Positions 13,501 to 27,200 of a DNA stretch of 64,000 bases are shown here, in pieces. The notes below the pieces were generated by a model. That model made no database searches. It saw only the letters and a program-made list of their open reading frames with translations, and was not told the DNA's origin. The stretch lies in the NCBI RefSeq assembly GCF_009914755.1, contig NC_060939.1. One strand, 5' to 3'. How positions within the stretch are numbered: the stretch's first letter is position 1; each line of letters opens with the position of its first letter. The stretch comes from the human T2T-CHM13v2.0 reference genome, Homo sapiens. The position numbers and the translations under genes were made by a program.

Positions 13501-16500
13501 TCCATTCAATTCCATTCCTTTCGTTCCCATTCCATTTGATGCCATTCCATTCAATTCTGTTCTACTCGACTCCAATACATTCAATTCCATTCCATCCGAT
13601 TCCATTACATTCTTTTCATTTCTTATCCATTTCAAGCCATTCCACTCCATTCCGTTCCACTCGTTTCCTTTCCATTCGAGTCCATTACTCTCCAGTCCAT
13701 TCCGTTCAATCCATTCCATTCCAGTCCATTCCATTCGAGTCCGTTCCATTCCAGTCCATTCCATTCGAGCCAATTCCATTCCATTCGATGTCTTTCCATA
13801 ACGATCAATTCCATTCTATTCCTTTCGATTCCATTCCATTCTATTTCATTCCATTCGATTCCCTTCCATTGGACTCCTTTCCATTCGAGTGCATTCCATT
13901 CCGTTCCATTTCTTTCCGTTCTGTACGATTCCTACCTTTCGATTTCATTTTGTTCCAGTCCATTCCTTTCGCGTCCATTCCATTCCATTTCACTCCATTC
14001 GATTCCATTCCACTCGATTCCACTTCGTTCCATTTCATTGCATTCCATTCTATTCAACTCTATTGCCTTCCATTCCATTCCATTCGATTACATTCCATGC
14101 GATTCCATTCGAAATCGAATCAATTACATTGCAATCCATTACTATTGAGTCCATTTTACTCCAGTCCACTGCATTCTGGTCCATTACATTTGATTCCATT
14201 CCATTCTATTCCATTCCATACAGTTGCATTCCATTGGATTCCATTCTATATCTATAAATTCAATTCGAGACCATTGCTTTTGAATCCATTGTATATGATT
14301 CCATTCCATTCAAGTCCATTACATTTGGTTCAATTCCATTCCATTCCATTCCATTCCATTCCATTCCAGTTGATATCAATCCATTCGATTCCATTCCATT
14401 CGAGCACATTCCATTCGAGTCCATTCCATTCGATGCCATTCCATTTGATTCTATTCCACTAGTCTCCATTCAATTCCATTAATCTCCATTCCATTCCATT
14501 CTACTCCAACTGATACCATTCCATTCTATTCCTTTCCATTCCATTTCATTCCATTCCATTCCATTTCATTCCATTCCATTCCATTCGCTTCCATTAAATT
14601 CGTGTCCATTCCACTCCAGTCCATTCCATTCGTGTTCATTCCATTCCTGTCCATTCCATTTGTGTCCACTGCATTCCATTCCACTCCATTCCATATTATT
14701 CCATTACACTCCATTCCATTCTATTACTTTCATTTCCATTCAATTCCATTCCATTTGATTCCATTCCACTCGGTTTCATTCCATTTGAATCCACTCCATT
14801 CCATTCCATTCCATTCAGTTCCATTCCATTCTGTTCCATTCCATTCCGTTCCATTGCATTCCATTCCATTCGGTACCATTCCATATTGTTCTATTCGATT
14901 CCATTCGAATCCATTCCATTCCAGTCCATTCCATTCGATTCCATTCCATTCCTTTCAATTCCATTCCATTCCATTCCATTCCACTTGATTCCACTCCATT
15001 CCCTTCCACTGCATTCCATTCGATTCCATTCCATTGCATTGCATTCCATTCCATTGGACTGCATTCCATTCGATTCCATTCCATTCGAATCAATTACATA
15101 GCAATCCATTACATTCGAGTCTATTCTATTCCGTTCCATTCGATTTCGTTCCAATCCATTCGATTCCATTCCATTCGATTCCATTCCATACTATTGCATT
15201 CCATTCTATTACATTATATTCGAATAAGTTCCATTCAAGACCATTTCTTTTGAGTCCATTCTATTTGAGTCCATTCCCTTTGATTCCATAACATTTGAGT
15301 CCATTCAATTCCATTCCTTTCGTTTGCATTCCATTTGATGCCATTCCATTCAATTCTGTTCTACTCGACTCCAATACATTCAATTCCATTCCATCCGATT
15401 CCATTACATTCTTTTCATTTCTTATCCATTTCAAGCCATTCCACTCCATTCCGTTCCACTCGTTTCCTTTCCATTCGAGTCCATCACTCTCCAGTCCATT
15501 CCGTTCAATCCATTCCATTCCAGTCCATTCCATTCGAGTCCGTTCCATTCCAGTCCATTCCATTCGAGCCAATTCCATTCCATTCGATGTCTTTCCATAA
15601 CGATCCATTCCATTCTATTCCTTTCGATTCCATTCCATTCTATTTCATTCCATTCGATTCCCTTCCATTGGACTCCTTTCCATTCGAGTGCATTCCATTC
15701 CGTTCCATTTCTTTCCGTTCTGTACGATTCCTACCTTTCGATTTCATTTTGTTCCAGTCCATTCCTTTCGCGTCCATTCCATTCCATTTCACTCCATTCG
15801 ATTCCATTCCACTCGATTCCACTTCGTTCCATTTCATTGCATTCCATTCTATTCAACTCTATTGCCTTCCATTCCATTCCATTCGATTACATTCCATGCG
15901 ATTCCATTCGAAATCGAATCAATTACATTGCAATCCATTACTATTGAGTCCATTTTATTCCAGTCCACTGCATTCTGGTCCATTACATTTGATTCCATTC
16001 CATTCTATTCCATTCCATACAGTTGCATTCCATTGGATTCCATTCTATATCTATAAATTCAATTCGAGACCATTGCTTTTGAATCCATTGTATATGATTC
16101 CATTCCATTCAAGTCCATTACATTTGGTTCAATTCCATTCCATTCCATTCCATTCCATTCCATTCCAGTTGATATCAATCCATTCGATTCCATTCCATTC
16201 GAGCACATTCCATTCGAGTCCATTCCATTCGATGCCATTCCATTTGATTCTATTCCACTAGTCTCCATTCAATTCCATTAATCTCCATTCCATTCCATTC
16301 TACTCCAACTGATACCATTCCATTCTATTCCTTTCCATTCCATTTCATTCCATTCCATTCCATTTCATTCCATTCCATTCCATTCGCTTCCATTAAATTC
16401 GTGTCCATTCCACTCCAGTCCATTCCATTCGTGTTCATTCCATTCCTGTCCATTCCATTTGTGTCCACTGCATTCCATTCCACTCCATTCCATATTATTC

Positions 16501-17093
16501 CATTACACTCCATTCCATTCTATTACTTTCATTTCCATTCAATTCCATTCCATTTGATTCCATTCCACTCGGTTTCATTCCATTTGAATCCACTCCATTC
16601 CATTCCATTCCATTCAGTTCCATTCCATTCTGTTCCATTCCATTCCGTTCCATTGCATTCCATTCCATTCAGTACCATTCCATATTGTTCCATTCGATTC
16701 CATTCGAATCCATTCCATTCCAGTCCATTCCATTCGATTCCATTCCATTCCTTTCAATTGCATTCCATTCCATTCCATTCCACTTGATTCCACTCCATTC
16801 CCTTCCACTGCATTCCATTCGATTCCATTCCATTGCATTGCATTCCATTCCATTGGACTGCATTCCATTCGATTCCATTCCATTCGAATCAATTACATAG
16901 CAATCCATTACATTCGAGTCTATTCTATTCCGTTCCATTCGATTTCGTTCCAATCCATTCGATTCCATTCCATTCGATTCCATTCCATACTATTGCATTC
17001 CATTCGATTACATTATATTCGAATAAGTTCCATTCAAGACCATTTCTTTTGAGTCCATTCTATTTGAGTCCATTCCCTTTGATTCCATAACAT
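4536..17093 (+). repeat. Local trimeric duplication of 1.8 kb units (A-B-C-A-B-C, ~5.4 kb period) followed by an extra C unit
   Basis: A (4536, 9898) shares TTCATTGCATTCG, CAATCCTTTCG and a 30-bp deletion. B (6300, 11692) shares CCCTCCGA, TTACTTTCCGTTCAGTAC and GTGTCAATT. C (8099, 13496, 15295) shares GAGCCAATT, ACTAGT, GATACC and ATTAAATTCG. Confidence 0.88.
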
Positions 17094-20000
17094 TTGAGTC
17101 CATTCAATTCCATTCCTTTCGTTTCCATTCCATTTGATGCCATTCCATTCAATTCTGTTCTACTCGACTCCAATACATTCAATTCCATTCCATCCGATTC
17201 CATTACATTCTTTTCATTTCTTATCCATTTCAAGCCATTCCACTCCATTCCATTCCACTCGTTTCCTTTCCATTCGAGTCCATTCCTCTCCAGTCCATTC
17301 CGTTCAATCCATTCCATTCCAGTCCATTCCATTCGAGTCCGTTCCATTCCAGTCCATTCCATTCGAGTCAATTCCATTCCATTCGATGTCTTTCCATAAC
17401 GATCCATTCCATTCTATTCCTTTCGATTCCATTCCATTCTATTTCATTGCATTCGATTCCCTTCCATTGGACTCCTTTCCATTCGAGTGCATTCCATTCC
17501 GTTCCATTTCTTTCCGTTCTGTACGATTCCTACCGTTCGATTTCATTTTGTTCCAGTCCATTCCTTTCGCTTCCATTCCATTCCATTTCACTCCATTCGA
17601 TTCCATTCCACTCGATTCCACTTCGTTCCATTTCATTGCATTCCATTCTATTCAACTCTATTGCCTTCCATTCCATTCCATTCGATTACATTCCATGCGA
17701 TTCCATTCGAAATCGAATCAATTACATTGCAATCCATTACTATTGAGTCCGTTTTATTCCAGTCCACTGCATTCTGGTCCATTCCATTTGATTCCATTCC
17801 ATTCTATTCCATTCCATACAGTTGCATTCCATTGGATTCCATTCTATATCTATAAATTCAATTCGAGACCATTGATTTTGAGTCCATTCTATATGATTCC
17901 ATTCCATTCAAGTCCATTACGTTTGGTTCAATTCCATTCCATTATATTCCCTTCCATTCCATTCCAGTTGATATCAATGCATTCGATTCAATTCCATTCG
18001 AGCACATTCCATTCGAGTCCATTCCATTCGATGCCATTCCATTTGATTCTATTCCATTAGTCTCCATTCAATTCCATTAATCTCCATTCCATTCCATTCT
18101 ACTCCTACTGATTCCACTCCATTCTATTCCTTTCCATTCCATTTCATTCCATTCCATTCCATTTCATTCCATTCCATTCCATTCCCTTCCATTCCATTCG
18201 TGTCCATTCCACTCCAGTCGATTCCATTTGTGTCCACTGCATTCCATTCCACTCCATTCCATATTATTCCATTACACTCCATTCCATTCTATTACTTTCA
18301 TTTCCATTCAATTCCATTCCATTTGATTCCATTCCACTCGGTTTCATTCCATTTGAGTCCACTCCATTCCATTCCATTCCATTCCATTCAGTTCCATTCC
18401 ATTCTGTTCCATTCCATTCCGTTCCATTACATTCCATTCCATTCGGTACCATTCCATATTGTTCCATTCGATTCCATTCGAATCCATTCCATTCCAGTCC
18501 ATTCCATTCGATTCCATTCCATTCATTTCAATTCCATTCCATTGCATTCCATTACATTCCACTTCATTCCTCTCCATTCCCTTCCACTGCATTCCGTTCG
18601 ATTCCATTCCATTGCATTGCATTCCATTCCATTGGATTGCATTCCATTCGATTCCATTCCATTCGAATCAATTACATAGCAATCCATTACATTCGAGTCT
18701 ATTCTATTCCGTTCCATTCGATTTCGTTCCAATCCATTCGATTCCATTCCATTCGATTCCATTCCATACTATTGCATTCCATTCGATTACATTATATTCG
18801 AATAAGTTCCATTCAAGACCATTTCTTTTGAGTCCATTCTATTTGAGTCCATTCCCTTTGATTCCATAACATTTGAGTCCATTCAATTCCATTCCTTTCG
18901 TTTCCATTCCATTTGATGCCATTCCATTCAATTCTGTTCTACTCGACTCCAATACATTCAATTCCATTCCATCTGATTCCATTACATTCTTTTCATTTCT
19001 TATCCATTCCAAGCCATTCCACTCCATTCCATTCCACTCGTTTCCTTTCCATTCGAGTCCATTCCTCTCCAGTCCATTCCGTTCAATCCATTCCATTCCA
19101 GTCCATTCCATTCGAGTCCGTTCCATTCCAGTCCAATCCATTCGAGTCAATTCCATCCCATTCGATGTCTTTCCATAACGATCCATTCCATTCTATTCCT
19201 TTCGATTCCATTCCATTCTATTTCATTCCATTCGATTCCCTTCTATTGGACTCCTTTCCATTCGAGTGCATTCCATTCCGTTCCATTTCTTTCCGTTCTG
19301 TACGATTCCTACCGTTCGATTTCATTTTGTTCCAGTCCATTCCATTCGCGTCAATTCCATTCCATTTCACTCCATTCGATTCCATTCCACTCGATTCCAC
19401 TTCGTTCCATTTCATTGCATTCCATTCTATTCAACTCTATTGCCTTCCATTCCATTCCATTCGATTACATTCCATGCGATTCCATTCGAAATCGAATCAA
19501 TTACATTGCAATCCATTACTATTGAGTCCATTTTATTCCAGTCCACTGCATTCTGGTCCATTCCATTTGATTCCATTCCATTCTATTCCATTCCATACAG
19601 TTGCATTCCATTGGATTCCATTCTATATCTATAAATTCAATTCGAGACCATTGCTTTTGAATCCATTCTATATGATTCCATTCCATTCAAGTCCATTACA
19701 TTTGGTTCAATTCCATTCCATTCCATTCCCTTCCATTCCATTCCAGTTGATATCAATCCATTCGATTCCATTCCATTCGAGCACATTCCATTCGAGTCCA
19801 TTCCATTCGATGCCATTCCATTTGATTCTATTCCATTAGTCTCCATTCAATTCCATTAATCTCCATTCCATTCCATTCTACTCCAACTGATTCCATTCCA
19901 TTCTATTCCTTTCCATTCCATTTCATTCCATTCCATTCCATTCCATTCCATTCCATTCGCTTCCATTCCATTCGTGTCCATTCCACTCCAGTCCATTCCA

Positions 20001-23000
20001 TTCGTGTCCATTCCATTCCAGTCCATTCCATTTGTGTCCACTGCATTCCATTCCACTCCATTCCATATTATTCCATTACACTCCATTCCATTCTATTACT
20101 TTCATTTCCATTCAATTCCGTTCCATTTGATTCCGTTCCACTCGGTTTCATTCCATTTGAGTCCACTCCATTCCATTCCATTCCATTCCGTTCAGTTCCA
20201 TTCCATTCTGTTCCATTCCATTCCGTTCCATTGCATTCCATTCCATTCGGTACCATTCCATATTTTTCCATTCGATTCCATTCGAATCCATTCCATTCCA
20301 GTCCATTCCATTCGATTCCATTCCATTCCTTTCAATTCCATTCCATTCCATTCCATTCCACTTGATTCCACTCCATTCCCTTCCACTGCATTCCATTCGA
20401 TTCCGTTCCATTGCATTGCATTCCATTCCATTGGACTGCATTCCATTCGATTCCATTCCATTCGAATCAATTACATAGCAATCCATTACATTCGGGTCTA
20501 TTCTATTCCGTTCCATTCGATTTCATTCCAAACCATTCGATTCCATTCCATACTATTGCATTCCATTCTATTACATTATATTCGAATAAGTTCCATTCAA
20601 GACCATTTCTTTTGAGTCCATTCTATTTGAGTCCATTCTATTTGAATCCATTCCCTTTGATTCCATAACGTTTGAGTCCATTCAATTCCATTCCTTTCGT
20701 TTCCATTCCATTTGATGTCATTCCATTCAATTCTGTTCTACTCGACTCCAATACATTCAATTCCATTCCATCCGATTCCATTACATTCTTTTCATTTCTT
20801 ATCCATTTCAAGCCATTCCACTCCATTCCATTCCACTCGTTTCCTTTCCATTCGAGTCCATTCCTCTCCAGTCCATTCCGTTCAATCCATTCCATTCCAG
20901 TCCATTCCATTCGAGTCCGTTCCATTCCAGTCCATTCCATTCGAGTCAATTCCATTCCATTCGATGTCTTTCCATAACGATCCATTCCATTCTATTCCTT
21001 TCGATTCCATTCCATTCTATTTCATTGCATTCGATTCCCTTCCATTGGACTCCTTTCCATTCGAGTGCATTCCATTCCGTTCCATTTCTTTCCGTTCTGT
21101 ACGATTCCTACCGTTCGATTTCATTTTGTTCCAGTCCATTCCTTTCGCTTCCATTCCATTCCATTTCACTCCATTCGATTCCATTCCACTCGATTCCACT
21201 TCGTTCCATTTCATTGCATTCCATTCTATTCAACTCTATTGCCTTCCATTCCATTCCATTCGATTACATTCCATGCGATTCCATTCGAAATCGAATCAAT
21301 TACATTGCAATCCATTACTATTGAGTCCGTTTTATTGCAGTCCACTGCATTCTGGTCCATTCCATTTGATTCCATTCCATTCTATTCCATTCCATACAGT
21401 TGCATTCCATTGGATTCCATTCTATATCTATAAATTCAATTCGAGACCATTGCTTTTGAGTCCATTCTATATGATTCCATTCCATTCAAGTCCATTACAT
21501 TTGGTTCAATTCCATTCCATTATATTCCCTTCCATTCCATTCCAGTTGATATCAATCCATTCGATTCAATTCCATTCGAGCACATTCCATTCGAGTCCAT
21601 TCCATTCGATGCCATTCCATTTGATTCTATTCCATTAGTCTCCATTCAATTCCATTAATCTCCATTCCATTCCATTCTACTCCTACTGATTCCACTCCAT
21701 TCTATTCCTTTCCATTCCATTTCATTCCATTCCATTCCATTTCATTCCATTCCATTCCATTCGTGTCCATTCCACTCCAGTCCATTCCATTCGTGTCCAT
21801 TCCATTCCAGTCCATTCCATTTGTGTCCACTGCATTCCATTCCACTCCATTCCATATTATTCCATTACACTCCATTCCATTCTATTACTTTCATTTCCAT
21901 TCAATTCCATTCCATTTGATTCCATTCCACTCGGTTTCATTCCATTTGAGTCCACTCCATTCCATTCCATTCCATTCCATTTAGTTCCATTCCATTCTGT
22001 TCCATTCCATTCCGTTCCATTACATTCCATTCCATTCGGTACCATTCCATATTGTTCCATTCGATTCCATTCGAATCCATTCCATTCCAGTCCATTCCAT
22101 TCGATTCCATTCCATTCATTTCAATTCCATTCCATTCCATTCCATTACATTCCACTTGATTCCTCTCCATTCCCTTCCACTGCATTCCGTTCGATTCCAT
22201 TCCATTGCATTGCATTCCATTCCATTGGATTGCATTCCATTCGATTCCATTCCATTCGAATCAATTACATAGCAATCCATTACATTCGAGTCTATTCTAT
22301 TCCGTTCCATTCGATTTCGTTCCAATCCATTCGATTCCATTCCATTCGATTCCATTCCATACTATTGCATTCCATTCTATTACATTATATTCGAATAAGT
22401 TCCATTCAAGACCATTTCTTTTGAGTCCATTCTATTTGAGTCCATTCCCTTTGATTCCATAACATTTGAGTCCATTCAATTCCATTCCTTTCGTTCCCAT
22501 TCCATTTGATGCCATTCCATTCAATTATGTTCTACTCGACTCCAATACATTCAATTCCATTCCATCCGATTCCATTACATTCTTTTCATTTCTTATCCAT
22601 TTCAAGCCATTCCACTCCATTCCATTCCACTCGTTTCCTTTCCATTCGAGTCCATTCCTCTCCAGTCCATTCCGTTCAATCCATTCCATTCCAGTCCATT
22701 CCATTCGAGTCCGTTCCATTCCAGTCCACTCCATTCGAGTCAATTCCATCCCATTCGATGTCTTTCCATAACGATCCATTCCATTCTATTCCTTTCGATT
22801 CCATTCCATTCTATTTCATTCCAATCGATTCCCTTCCATTGGACTCCTTTCCATTCGAGTGCATTCCATTCCGTTCCATTTCTTACCGTTCTGTACGATT
22901 CCTACCGTTCGATTTCATTTTGTTCCAGTCCATTCCTTTCGCGTCCATTCCATTCCATTTCACTCCATTCGATTCCATTCCACTCGATTCCACTTCGTTC

Positions 23001-23899
23001 CATTTCATTGCATTCCATTCTATTCAACTCTATTGCCTTCCATTCCATTCCATTCGATTACATTCCATGCGATTCCATTCGAAATCGAATCAATTACATT
23101 GCAATCCATTACTATTGAGTCCATTTTATTCCAGTCCACTGCATTCTGGACCATTCCATTTGATTCCATTCCATTCTATTCCATTCCATACAGTTGCATT
23201 CCATTGGATTCCATTCTATATCTATAAATTCAATTCGAGACCATTGCTTTTGAATCCATTCTATATGATTCCATTCCATTCAAGTCCATTACATTTGGTT
23301 CAATTCCATTCCATTCCATTCCCTTCCATTCCATTCCAGTTGATATCAATCCATTCGATTCCATTCCATTCGAGCACATTCCATTTGAGTCCATTCCATT
23401 CGATGCCATTCCATTTGATTCTATTCCATTAGTCTCCATTCTATTCCATTAATCTCCATTCCATTCCATTCTACTCCAACTGATTCCATTCCATTCTATT
23501 CCTTTCCATTCCATTTCATTCCATTCCATTCCATTTCATTCCATTCCATTCCATTCGTGTCCATTCCACTCCAGTCCATTCCATTCGTGTCCATTCCATT
23601 CCAGTCCATTCCATTTGTGTCCACTGCATTCCATTCCACTCCATTCCATATTATTCCATTACACTCCATTCCATTCTATTACTTTCATTTCCATTCAATT
23701 CCATTCCGTTTGATTCCATTCCACTCGGTTTCATTCCATTTGAGTCCACTCCATTCCATTCCATTCCATTCCATTCCATTCAGTTCCATTCCATTCTGTT
23801 CCATTCCATTCCGTTCCATTACATTCCATTCCATTCGGTACCATTCCATATTGTTCCATTCGATTCCATTCGAATCCATTCCATTCCAGTCCATTCCAT

Positions 23900-26800
23900 T
23901 CGATTCCATTCCATTCCTTTCAATTCCATTCCATTCCATTCCATTCCACTTGATTCCACTCCATTCCCTTCCACTGCATTCCGTTCGATTCCATTCCATT
24001 GCATTGCATTCCATTCCATTGGACTGCATTCCATTCGATTCCATTCCATTCGAATCAATTACATAGCAATCCATTACTTTCGAGTCTATTCTATTCCGTT
24101 CCATTCGATTTCGTTCCAATCCATTCGATTCCATTCCATTCGATTCCATTCCATACTATTGCATTCCATTCTATTACATTATATTCGAATAAGTTCCATT
24201 CAAGACCATTTCTTTTGAGTCCATTCTATTTGAGTCCATTCCCTTTGATTCCATAACATTTGAGTCCATTCAATTCCATTCCTTTCGTTTGCATTCCATT
24301 TGATGCCATTCCATTCAATTCTGTTCTACTCGACTCCAATACATTCAATTCCATTCCATCCGATTCCATTACATTCTTTTCATTTCTTATCCATTTCAAG
24401 CCATTCCACTCCATTCCATTCCACTCGTTTCCTTTCCATTCGAGTCCATTCCTCTCCAGTCCATTCCGTTCAATCCATTCCATTCCAGTCCATTCCATTC
24501 GAGTCCGTTCCATTCCAGTCCATTCCATTCGAGTCAATTCCATCCCATTCGATGTCTTTCCATAACGATCCATTCCATTCTATTCCTTTCGATTCCATTC
24601 CATTCTATTTCATTCCATTCGATTCCCTTCCATTGGACTCCTTTCCATTCGAGTGCATTCCATTCCGTTCCATTTCTTTCCGTTCTGTACGATTCCTACC
24701 GTTTGATTTCATTTTGTTCCAGTCCATTCCTTTCGCGTCCATTCCATTCCATTTCACTCCATTCGATTCCATTCCACTCGATTCCACTTCGTTCCATTTC
24801 ATTGCATTCCATTCTATTCAACTCTATTGCCTTCCATTCCATTCCATTCGATTACATTCCATGCGATTCCATTCGAAATCGAATCAATTACATTGCAATC
24901 CATTACTATTGAGTCCATTTTATTCCAGTCCACTGCATTCTGGTCCATTCCATTTGATTCCATTCCATTCTATTCCATTCCATACAGTTGCATTCCATTG
25001 GATTCCATTCTATATCTATAAATTCAATTCGAGACCATTGCTTTTGAATCCATTCTATATGATTCCATTCCATTCAAGTCCATTACATTTGGTTCAATTC
25101 CATTCCATTCCATTCCCTTCCATTCCATTCCAGTTGATATCAATCCATTCGATTCCATTCCATTCGAGCACATTCCTTTCGAGTCCATTCCATTCGATGC
25201 CATTCCATTTGATTCTATTCCATTAGTCTCCATTCAATTCCATTAATCTCCATTCCATTCCATTCTACTCCAACTGATTCCATTCCATTCTATTCCTTTC
25301 CATTCCATTTCATTCCATTCCATTCCATTCCATTACATTCCATTCGCTTCCATTCCATTCGTGTCCATTCCACTCCAGTCCATTCCATTCGTGTCCATTC
25401 CATTCCAGTCCATTCCATTTGTGTCCACTGCATTCCATTCCACTCCATTCCATATTATTCCATTACACTCCATTCCATTCTATTACTTTCATTTCCATTC
25501 AATTCCATTCCATTTGATTCCATTCCACTCGGTTTCATTCCATTTGAGTCCAATCCATTCCATTCCATTCCATTCCATTCCATTCCATTCAGTTCCATTC
25601 CATTCTGTTCCATTCCATTCCGTTCCATTGCATTCCATTCCATTCGGTACCATTCCATATTTTTCCATTCGATTCCATTCGAATCCATTCCATTCCAGTC
25701 CATTCCATTCGATTCCATTCCATTCCTTTCAATTCCATTCCATTCCATTCCATTCCACTTGATTCCACTCCATTCCCTTCCACTGCATTCCGTTCGATTC
25801 CATTCCATTGCATTGCATTCCATTCCATTGGACTGCATTCCATTCGATTCCATTCCATTCGAATCAATTACATAGCAATCCATTACTTTCGAGTCTATTC
25901 TATTCCGTTCCATTCGATTTCGTTCCAATCCATTCGATTCCATTCCATTCGATTCCATTCCATACTATTGCATTCCATTCTATTACATTATATTCGAATA
26001 AGTTCCATTCAAGACCATTTCTTTTGAGTCCATTCTATTTGAGTCCATTCCCTTTGATTCCATAACATTTGAGTCCATTCAATTCCATTCCTTTCGTTTG
26101 CATTCCATTTGATGCCATTCCATTCAATTCTGTTCTACTCGACTCCAATACATTCAATTCCATTCCATCCGATTCCATTACATTCTTTTCATTTCTTATC
26201 CATTTCAAGCCATTCCACTCCATTCCATTCCACTCGTTTCCTTTCCATTCGAGTCCATTCCTCTCCAGTCCATTCCGTTCAATCCATTCCATTCCAGTCC
26301 ATTCCATTCGAGTCCGTTCCATTCCAGTCCATTCCATTCGAGTCAATTCCATCCCATTCGATGTCTTTCCATAACGATCCATTCCATTCTATTCCTTTCG
26401 ATTCCATTCCATTCTATTTCATTCCATTCGATTCCCTTCCATTGGACTCCTTTCCATTCGAGTGCATTCCATTCCGTTCCATTTCTTTCCGTTCTGTACG
26501 ATTCCTACCGTTTGATTTCATTTTGTTCCAGTCCATTCCTTTCGCGTCCATTCCATTCCATTTCACTCCATTCGATTCCATTCCACTCGATTCCACTTCG
26601 TTCCATTTCATTGCATTCCATTCTATTCAACTCTATTGCCTTCCATTCCATTCCATTCGATTACATTCCATGCGATTCCATTCGAAATCGAATCAATTAC
26701 ATTGCAATCCATTACTATTGAGTCCATTTTATTCCAGTCCACTGCATTCTGGTCCATTCCATTTGATTCCATTCCATTCTATTCCATTCCATACAGTTGC

Positions 26801-27200
26801 ATTCCATTGGATTCCATTCTATATCTATAAATTCAATTCGAGACCATTGCTTTTGAATCCATTCTATATGATTCCATTCCATTCAAGTCCATTACATTTG
26901 GTTCAATTCCATTCCATTCCATTCCCTTCCATTCCATTCCAGTTGATATCAATCCATTCGATTCCATTCCATTCGAGCACATTCCTTTCGAGTCCATTCC
27001 ATTCGATGCCATTCCATTTGATTCTATTCCATTAGTCTCCATTCAATTCCATTAATCTCCATTCCATTCCATTCTACTCCAACTGATTCCATTCCATTCT
27101 ATTCCTTTCCATTCCATTTCATTCCATTCCATTCCATTCCATTACATTCCATTCGCTTCCATTCCATTCGTGTCCATTCCACTCCAGTCCATTCCATTCG
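23900..27200 (+). repeat. Recent single-unit tandem duplication (1809 bp period)
   Basis: Private variants are repeated 1809 bp apart: CATTACTTTCGAG (~24075/~25884), ACCGTTTGATT (~24700/~26509), CACATTCCTTTCG (~25170/~26979) and CATTACATTCCATTCGC (~25331/~27140). Boundaries are approximate. Confidence 0.82.
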
